In this document: piece by piece, positions 18,872 through 24,751 of the stretch
How positions within the stretch are numbered: the stretch's first letter is position 1
Layout of the letters: each line of letters begins with the position of its first letter
Source of the DNA: Alteromonas sp.
GTDB taxonomy: Bacteria > Margulisbacteria > Marinamargulisbacteria > UBA6595
Length of the DNA: 24,751 nucleotides
Direction: 5' to 3'
Assembly: GCA_964220215.1 (NCBI GenBank)
Contig: CAXPTH010000017.1
Coordinates: forward strand, 1 to 24,751
Notes under the pieces: model-generated
What the model was told of the DNA's origin: nothing
Database searches by the model: none
Seen by the model: only the letters and a program-made list of their open reading frames with translations
Program-made: the position numbers and the translations under genes

Positions 18872-20250
18872 GTGACTCCCATTCGATTCACAACAAGACG
18901 GTTGAATTAGCGGCGTCTGCTCAAGTACTGAGTTACACTTTGCCGGTGGATTGGCGGTTGTTGCCGTATGACATTCAGACCAATCGGGCGCATGTAGCGG
19001 GTTTGAAACGGTGTGGGGCCTTGTCTGAGGCGGACGCAGGTTCAATTACACACGCCTTGGATCAGCTCATGGCAGCGTACACGGCCGGTCAGTTGACGCC
19101 GGAAGGGTGTTCGGATGAAGATGTTCACAGTTATGTTGAGCGTCGTGTGATTGCCGATATCGGAGATACCGGGAAGCGCATGCATACGGGCAAGTCGCGC
19201 AATGATCAAGTGATGACCGATGCCCGATTGTATTTGAAAGATCAAATTCAGGCCATCGGGGCTGATATTCAGGTGGCACTGTGTGCGTTGGGGGGCTTGG
19301 CTGAGCAGCATACCCGCACGCTATTTCCAGGTTTTACCCATTTCCAGCCCGCCCAGCCCATTGTATTTGCGCATCATATTATGGCCTATATGGCCATGCT
19401 ACAGCGGGATTATGAGCGGTTGATGCAGTGTTACGATCGTACGGATGTGTGTCCGTTGGGGTCTGGGGCTATTGCGGGCACCAATTATGCGATTGATCGA
19501 GAATGGGTGGCTCAGCAGCTCGGATTTTCCCGAGTGTCCACCAATAGCATGGATGCGGTGGCCGATCGAGATTTCATGATTGAATTTATATCCACATCGG
19601 CAATCCTCATGGGCCACTTAAGCCGCTTTTGTGAAGAGTTGGTGCTCTGGGCATCGCCCATGCTGGGATTTATTCATATCGGGGATGCGTTTACTACCGG
19701 TAGTTCCTTAATGCCACAGAAAAAGAACCCCGATATTGCCGAGCTAATTCGGGGAAAGGGAAGTCGGGTGTTGGGGCATACCATGACCCTGCATACCTTA
19801 GTCAAAGCCCTGCCGTTGACGTACAACCGGGATTTACAAGAAGACAAACCCCCACTGTACGATACGGTCGACACGGTTCGGCAAAGTTTATCGGCATTGG
19901 CCGATATGATTCCCACCATCACGGTGCAACCCGAGGCCATTCAGGCAGCGCTAAGCGTGGGGCATTTGGCGGCGACAGAGCTGGCCGATTATTTGGTTTC
20001 AAAATCGGTTCCATTTCGTGAAGCCCATGAAATTACTGGTAAAATTGTTGTATCGGCAATCAAATCAAAAAAAACTTTACAAGAGTTACCCTTGACGGAA
20101 TACCGTAGTTTTTGTCAGAATATTGATCAAGATGTGTATGAATGGTTATGTTTGGAGCGTGCAGTGAACCGAAAATCGGTGATTGGCGGAACTGCCTTTG
20201 CATCCGTTGATGCGCAGTTATCAGGTTTAAAGGAGTCTATACAATGGTAG
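18868..20250 (+). CDS. argH: Argininosuccinate lyase
   Basis: EDVHSYVE, HTGKSRNDQV, PGFTHFQPAQP, TGSSLMPQKKNPD, LPLTYNRDLQEDK, VPFREAH. Confidence 0.97.
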   Translation: MSDSHSIHNKTVELAASAQVLSYTLPVDWRLLPYDIQTNRAHVAGLKRCGALSEADAGSITHALDQLMAAYTAGQLTPEGCSDEDVHSYVERRVIADIGDTGKRMHTGKSRNDQVMTDARLYLKDQIQAIGADIQVALCALGGLAEQHTRTLFPGFTHFQPAQPIVFAHHIMAYMAMLQRDYERLMQCYDRTDVCPLGSGAIAGTNYAIDREWVAQQLGFSRVSTNSMDAVADRDFMIEFISTSAILMGHLSRFCEELVLWASPMLGFIHIGDAFTTGSSLMPQKKNPDIAELIRGKGSRVLGHTMTLHTLVKALPLTYNRDLQEDKPPLYDTVDTVRQSLSALADMIPTITVQPEAIQAALSVGHLAATELADYLVSKSVPFREAHEITGKIVVSAIKSKKTLQELPLTEYRSFCQNIDQDVYEWLCLERAVNRKSVIGGTAFASVDAQLSGLKESIQW

Positions 20251-20660
20251 AAGAATTAGAAGAGTCGTTGGTGTTTATTAAGCCGGATGCGGTAGCCAAG
20301 CGGTATGTGGGAGAAATTTTGCATCGGTTTGAAGCGGCCGAATTGGAGATTGTTCAGCTTAAGCAAATTGTGATTGATGCGACATTAGCGGATCAGCACT
20401 ATGCCGAACATGTTCACAAATCATTTTATCCCAGTTTAAAAGATTTCATTACATCGGGTCCGGTTGTTGTTATCGTGTTGCGGGGGCCTCGGGCAGTGGC
20501 TCGGATTCGGGCGTTGTGTGGGGCAACGGATCCATCCGAGGCAGAGCCAGGGAGCATTCGATCTGATTTTGGGGTTTCCATGACAGAAAATGCGGTGCAT
20601 GCTTCGGATAGTGTGGATAGTGCGCATCGCGAAATAGCCAATTTTAGTGCGTTTTTTTAA
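20244..20660 (+). CDS. ndk: Nucleoside diphosphate kinase
   Basis: FIKPDAV, HYAEH, TSGPVV, GATDP, PGSIRSDF, NAVHASDS. Confidence 0.97.
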   Translation: MVEELEESLVFIKPDAVAKRYVGEILHRFEAAELEIVQLKQIVIDATLADQHYAEHVHKSFYPSLKDFITSGPVVVIVLRGPRAVARIRALCGATDPSEAEPGSIRSDFGVSMTENAVHASDSVDSAHREIANFSAFF

Positions 20661-20736
20661 GACGCATCCACATGGAACGCAATGGGCGTTGTATGCTTGC
20701 TACACTCACCCAGAGTAGAAATCGAGTGTGTTAGTG

Positions 20737-20745
20737 TGGTAAAAT
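20737..20745 (+). promoter_or_regulatory. Extended -10 promoter upstream of the DegT aminotransferase
   Basis: TGgTAAAAT at 20737-20745; GAGGA at 20757-20761; ATG at 20768. Confidence 0.5.
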
Positions 20746-20767
20746 TAGAAGAAAAAGAGGATACAAA

Positions 20768-21898
20768 ATGACGAAACAAGTATTAACCAAGCAAGTTGTC
20801 CCATTGTTGGACTTACAAGCACAATATGCCCCTATTCAAGCAGATGTCATGGCGGCCATACAAGGGGTTTTTGATAGCAAGCAGTTTATTATGGGGCCGC
20901 ATATTGAAGGACTAGAGTCTGAGATAGCCGCCTATTGTGGCACAACCCATGCGTTGGGTGTTTCGTCCGGGACCGATGCGTTAATTTTGGCCTTAATGGC
21001 TTTAGACATTGGGCCAGGGGATGAAGTGATTACAACGCCGTTTACATTTTTTGCAACGGGGGGGTCTATTTCTCGAGTGGGGGCAGTCCCCGTTTTTGTG
21101 GATATTGAGCCGGATACATACAATATTGATCCAACTAAAATTGAAGCGGCAATTACACCCAAAACCAAAGCGATTATGCCGGTACATTTGTTTGGTCAGG
21201 TGGCCGATATGGATGCGATTATGGCCATTGCCAATCAGAACGATTTATTTGTGATCGAAGATGCGGCTCAAGCCATTGGCGCTACCTACAAGGGAAAACC
21301 GGCCGGTAGTATTGGGGATATTGGATGTTTTTCATTTTTCCCGAGTAAAAACTTAGGGGCGTGTGGGGACGGGGGTATGGTTACCACAAATAATCCCGAC
21401 TTGTATGAAAAAATGCATGTGCTACGGGTTCATGGCGCAAAGCCGGTGTATGTGCATCATGTAATTGGGGGCAATTTCCGATTGGATTCGATGCAGGCAG
21501 CGATCTTGCGGGTTAAATTGCCGCATTTGGAATCCCAGCATGATGGCCGTATTGCCAATGCTCAGTATTATGATGCGCATCTAAACGGTCCGTTCACAAA
21601 GCCGTCGCGCAAGCATGATGGCCGTATGATTTACAACCAATACACGATTCAGGTGGCCGATGCCAAGCGCGATGCATTAAAAGCGCATTTGCACAACCAT
21701 ACTGTTGGCTGTGCGATTTATTACCCCATTCCCTTGCACTTGCAGGCGTGTTTTGCTCAGTTGGGGTATCAAGCAGGGGATTGCCCGGTGGCTGAGCGTG
21801 CTGCAACGTCTGTGTTATCCTTGCCCATTTATTCTGAGTTAAACTCAGATCAATTGGCGTATGTTGTTGAAACGGTCAACCAATTTTTTGAGCATTAA
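20768..21898 (+). CDS. DegT/DnrJ/EryC1/StrS family sugar-nucleotide aminotransferase
   Basis: VPLLDL, SSGTDAL, IMPVHLFGQ, VIEDAAQAIGA, FSFFPSKNLGACGDGG (PLP lysine), NFRLDSMQAA, LSLPIY. Confidence 0.93.
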   Translation: MTKQVLTKQVVPLLDLQAQYAPIQADVMAAIQGVFDSKQFIMGPHIEGLESEIAAYCGTTHALGVSSGTDALILALMALDIGPGDEVITTPFTFFATGGSISRVGAVPVFVDIEPDTYNIDPTKIEAAITPKTKAIMPVHLFGQVADMDAIMAIANQNDLFVIEDAAQAIGATYKGKPAGSIGDIGCFSFFPSKNLGACGDGGMVTTNNPDLYEKMHVLRVHGAKPVYVHHVIGGNFRLDSMQAAILRVKLPHLESQHDGRIANAQYYDAHLNGPFTKPSRKHDGRMIYNQYTIQVADAKRDALKAHLHNHTVGCAIYYPIPLHLQACFAQLGYQAGDCPVAERAATSVLSLPIYSELNSDQLAYVVETVNQFFEH

Positions 21899-22823
21899 GT
21901 CGGTTGCTGTTGTTTCATCATCATTTTCCAAGCACCCGGAGCTGTGTGCGGCCTTAGCCGACCGGGTGCCTCGAGTTTGGTTTAATACAGAGGGCCGTGC
22001 GTATTCGGGGGATGCCTTAATTAAGTTTATTGCCGATGCGGATGCGGTTATTGTGGGCCGTGAGCCGGTGGATGCGGCTATTGTGGATCGGTTATCGGTT
22101 CAGTTGCTTGCAAAATATGGGGTGGGTTTGGATAATATTGACCAAGTTGCCTTGCGCCAACGGGGTATTGCGTTGGGGTGGACGCCGGGAGTAAATGCCA
22201 TGGCGGTAGCTGAGCAAACGGTGGGGTTCATGATTGGGTTGCAGCGGAATCTTTATTATACGGCTCGGTGCTTGGCGCAGGGCGAGTGGATCAAACAAGG
22301 GGGACGGCAATTGTCTGGCTGTACGGTGGGTATTGTTGGGGTGGGGCATATTGGGCAGGCGTTGGTTCAGTTATTGGCGCCATTTGGGTGCCGAATTTTG
22401 GGGTGCGACATTGTGGATAAGACGGATTATTATGCTGCGCATGGCATTGAGGCTGCAGATTTTGAAACGGTGATGCGGACAGCGGATGTGGTGTCGTTGC
22501 ATGTTCCGTTGACAGTGGATACACACCACATGATTAATGCCACTACATTGGTATGGATGCAGCCAACGGCGGTTCTGATTAATACGGCTCGGGGTGAGGT
22601 TGTGGATACGGCGGCCTTGTATACGGCCTTGAGAGACAGTCGCTTGGGAGGTGCCGCTTTGGATGTGTTTGAATCAGAGCCGTATGCCGGGCCGTTGGCG
22701 AATCACCCACGGGTGATTGCAACGCCCCATATTGCCGGAAATGCCAATGAAGCGGTGTTGGCCATGGGCTATGCAGCGATTGATTCGATTGTTCGGTATC
22801 AAGCGGGGGAAGCGTCGTGTTGA
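21861..22823 (+). CDS. D-isomer-specific 2-hydroxyacid dehydrogenase (phosphoglycerate dehydrogenase-like, no ACT domain)
   Basis: KYGVGLDNID, TVGIVGVGHIG, SLHVPLT, LINTARGEVVD, AALDVFESEP, TPHIAG. True start may be the in-frame TTG at 21888. Confidence 0.9.
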   Translation: MLLKRSTNFLSIKSVAVVSSSFSKHPELCAALADRVPRVWFNTEGRAYSGDALIKFIADADAVIVGREPVDAAIVDRLSVQLLAKYGVGLDNIDQVALRQRGIALGWTPGVNAMAVAEQTVGFMIGLQRNLYYTARCLAQGEWIKQGGRQLSGCTVGIVGVGHIGQALVQLLAPFGCRILGCDIVDKTDYYAAHGIEAADFETVMRTADVVSLHVPLTVDTHHMINATTLVWMQPTAVLINTARGEVVDTAALYTALRDSRLGGAALDVFESEPYAGPLANHPRVIATPHIAGNANEAVLAMGYAAIDSIVRYQAGEASC

Positions 22824-22868
22824 GTCAGGTGTTGTTTAAACCGGTTGACTATGGGGTATACTAATAGC

Positions 22869-23189
22869 ATGAAAAAGATTGCGGTATGGTTGATGTGTAG
22901 CGCACTGGTTTTGAGCGGGGGTGCACATTTAGTGGGTCAGTGTTGTGGTCAAGATACGGTGCCCGTCGCAATCGAGATGCCCATGGATTGCCACACGCCA
23001 ACGGATGCATCACAAACAGAGTCAGCCTGCTCAGAGTGTATGTGTGACCAATGCCACACCATTCTGAGTATCATTTGGGTGAACCCGGTGGAGCCGCATT
23101 ATGCCGTAATGGATCGTGTTCATGATCCCAGTGGCCGGTATCTTCAGGTGCATGCGGCGGCGTTTCATCCGCCCCGGCAAAACGCATAA
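22869..23189 (+). CDS. Small exported Cys/His-rich protein, DUF2946 (CutF/CruR)-like putative leader/arrest peptide
   Basis: MKK + hydrophobic signal, CC, DCH, CSECMCDQCH, C-terminal HPPRQNA*; TATACT -10 at 22857-22862 lies 6 nt before ATG 22869. Confidence 0.65.
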   Translation: MKKIAVWLMCSALVLSGGAHLVGQCCGQDTVPVAIEMPMDCHTPTDASQTESACSECMCDQCHTILSIIWVNPVEPHYAVMDRVHDPSGRYLQVHAAAFHPPRQNA

Positions 23190-23206
23190 TTCCCTAGTTG
23201 ATTAAT

Positions 23207-23231
23207 TTTTACATGCCTGTTGGCATGAAAA
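23207..23231 (+). promoter_or_regulatory. Intergenic stem-loop next to the ribosome-binding site
   Basis: CATGCC (23212-23217) / TGTT / GGCATG (23222-23227), extendable by TTTT/AAAA with one bulge; GGAG at 23233-23236. Confidence 0.5.
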
Positions 23232-23242
23232 CGGAGATGTAA

Positions 23243-23851
23243 ATGCGTAAATACAGTCTTGTGATACTTGGGCTAGTGCTCAGTGTGTCGAGTGAGGCCC
23301 GGCCGGTATCGTATCCGGGTGGGTGGGTAAGCATGGTCCAGTATCGGCCCGATGTGTACCAGGCCCATGCGCACTATTCCCCCACAGCCCGATATTCATG
23401 GGGGTACATGGGCATCCAGTCGACCCATACCCAGACATCGTTTCACGGGGTTCAGTTTCATTATTTAGCCAAACGGTGGAACCGCCCCAATTCGCAAGCC
23501 AATGTCTATGCCATGACCGCCGCTGGGGGGCAATCCACAAGCCGCGCCCGTTACGATGGGGCGACCATTCATGGAGTATCCATGGATTGGGAAAACCGAC
23601 GGTATTTTACCCGCTATACGGCCCGGGTGCATACCCATGATGGGGAGGCTCAGCATGCCGGTCGTGTGGGCATTGCCCCCTATATTGGAGACTATGGGGA
23701 TTTGCATACGTGGCTGATGCTTCAGGTTGAGGCCATGGGGCAAGATACGGCCATAGTGCCGGTAATTCGATGGTTTAGATCCATGCATCTGGTGGAACTG
23801 GGTGTGCACCCCAACGGGGGCCTTTTATTTAACTGGATGATGGTGTTGTGA
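23243..23851 (+). CDS. Hypothetical exported protein, possible outer-membrane beta-barrel, in a metal cassette
   Basis: Signal peptide ending SEA, RPVSYPGGW mature start, aromatic-rich alternating segments, His-rich (HTHDGEAQH, YGDLHTW), C-terminal LLFNWMMVL. Confidence 0.7.
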   Translation: MRKYSLVILGLVLSVSSEARPVSYPGGWVSMVQYRPDVYQAHAHYSPTARYSWGYMGIQSTHTQTSFHGVQFHYLAKRWNRPNSQANVYAMTAAGGQSTSRARYDGATIHGVSMDWENRRYFTRYTARVHTHDGEAQHAGRVGIAPYIGDYGDLHTWLMLQVEAMGQDTAIVPVIRWFRSMHLVELGVHPNGGLLFNWMMVL

Positions 23852-23874
23852 GTTGTTAACATGAAGGAGAAACA

Positions 23875-24177
23875 ATGAAAAAATTAGTGCTATACGGTGT
23901 GGTTTTAATGGTATGCTTGGTGCCGGTGTGGGGGGCGGATGTGTCGCCGAATGCGCGCATTGCGGTGGATGTGAATGGGTTAGTGTGTGATTTTTGTGCC
24001 CGTTCATTGGAAAAATTTTTAGGCAAGCAGCCGGCGGTGGCGGATGTTTCGGTGGATTTAACGGATAGGGTGATTCATATTGAGCTGGTTCCGGGCGAGA
24101 TGGTGGATGATGATCGTTTGACACAGTGGGTGACGGATGCTGGGTATGCGGTTCAGGGGATCCGCCATGGCGAATAA
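23875..24177 (+). CDS. Exported heavy-metal-associated (HMA) domain protein, MerP/CopZ-like
   Basis: Signal peptide, VNGLVCDFCARSLEK (CxxC), DAGY near the C-terminus; AAGGAG ribosome-binding site. Confidence 0.88.
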   Translation: MKKLVLYGVVLMVCLVPVWGADVSPNARIAVDVNGLVCDFCARSLEKFLGKQPAVADVSVDLTDRVIHIELVPGEMVDDDRLTQWVTDAGYAVQGIRHGE

Positions 24178-24553
24178 GTCACGGCGTTGGTCGGTAATTT
24201 GGGCCGCAGTGGCGTTGCTGGGCTCGGTGGGCACGTTGCTATGCTGTGCGTTGCCGGCCGTGTTGGTGACGCTGGGCATGGGGGCTGTATTGGCGGGGCT
24301 CATCACGACGGTTCCTGGATTGGTAATGGTATCGCAGTATAAAGGCTGGGTGTTTATCGTGGCTGGGGTGTGCTTAAGTTTGGCGGGGTATGCGCATTGG
24401 CGCACCCGCTATGCCGCCTGTCCGGTTGACCCTCAGCAAGCTCGAGCGTGTCAGATGCTTCGACGCATCAGCCGGGTGGTCTTAATCACGGCAATTGGGA
24501 TATACGCAATTGGCGGTTTTTTTGCCTTTGGTGCCAGCTGGTTGTTGCTATAA
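24167..24553 (+). CDS. MerT-like inner-membrane metal transport protein
   Basis: Hydrophobic helices with TLLCCALP in the first and a loop Cys pair ACPVDPQQARAC. ATG 24167 overlaps the HMA gene end and is preceded by AGGGGA. Confidence 0.78.
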   Translation: MANKSRRWSVIWAAVALLGSVGTLLCCALPAVLVTLGMGAVLAGLITTVPGLVMVSQYKGWVFIVAGVCLSLAGYAHWRTRYAACPVDPQQARACQMLRRISRVVLITAIGIYAIGGFFAFGASWLLL

Positions 24554-24586
24554 CACCAACCCCAACAGAACCAACGCCCGTTAAAC

Positions 24587-24719
24587 GGTATAATCTTTTG
24601 ATAAAGGTCGTAGATTGGGTGTTGGTTCTGGTTGGTCACTAATTTTCCCTGTGGTATAATTAAATGGAGTATAGATAAATGACTACACAAGTTCTGGTTG
24701 GTCACTAATTTTCCCTCTG
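24587..24719 (+). CRISPR. Start of a CRISPR array, type II-C-like (truncated by contig end)
   Basis: 36-nt unit GTTCTGGTTGGTCACTAATTTTCCCTGTGGTATAAT (24625-24660); 30-nt spacer 24661-24690; second copy 24691-24719 (28/29 identical, then adapter); remnant GGTATAAT at 24587-24594 exactly one 66-nt period upstream, delimiting a 30-nt spacer 24595-24624. Confidence 0.8.
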
Positions 24720-24751
24720 AGATCGGAATAGAACACGTCTGAACTCCAGTC
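24720..24751 (+). other. Illumina TruSeq adapter contamination
   Basis: AGATCGGAATAGAACACGTCTGAACTCCAGTC matches AGATCGGAAGAGCACACGTCTGAACTCCAGTC at 30/32 positions. Confidence 0.97.

Noticed and set aside
20702..20729. ACACTC/GAGTGT inverted repeat after ndk as a terminator or ncRNA
   Set aside because: 6-bp stem with a 16-nt loop, no U-tract, and no recognisable RNA family.
20768..21898. DegT aminotransferase as a substitute for the missing argD
   Set aside because: Its motifs are those of sugar-nucleotide aminotransferases, not class III, and it has its own promoter-like element.
315..24705. Numerous 60-150 aa antisense or alternate-frame ORFs in the track (e.g. 7877-8320, 11509-11889, 15919-16326, 24451-24705)
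   Set aside because: They overlap well-supported genes or the CRISPR region and show no recognisable motifs; they are shadow ORFs.
24666..24708. GGAG + ATG mini-ORF (MTTQVLVGH) near the window end
   Set aside because: It spans spacer 2 and the repeat, so it is better explained as a captured foreign gene start or chance.

Overview
Bacterial chromosomal segment that appears to end at a contig edge. Most of it is housekeeping: 3' end of tuf and rpsJ; a minus-strand comF-like / exported protein / pheS unit; hemJ-sucC-sucD plus a Pta-N (BioD-like/DRTGG) protein; ilvB-ilvN-glmM; rpsA-rpsP-khpA-trmD-rplS running into argC-J-B-F-G-H and ndk; then a DegT aminotransferase and a D-2-hydroxyacid dehydrogenase. 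Gene order (tuf-rpsJ without rplC, pheS without pheT, four-domain S1, a TTTTCCACA box) suggests a relative of Cyanobacteria such as Margulisbacteria; this is inference only. Four non-routine signals stand out. (1) Two identically spaced three-box DnaA modules lie at 3337-3567, with no dnaA nearby and no visible GC-skew switch. (2) A four-gene metal cassette is headed by a CxxC/HPPR peptide resembling DUF2946-type arrest leaders. (3) The start of a type II-C-like CRISPR array (36-nt repeat with an embedded extended -10, 30-nt spacers) is cut off by an Illumina adapter at the window end. (4) Several promoters look leaderless.
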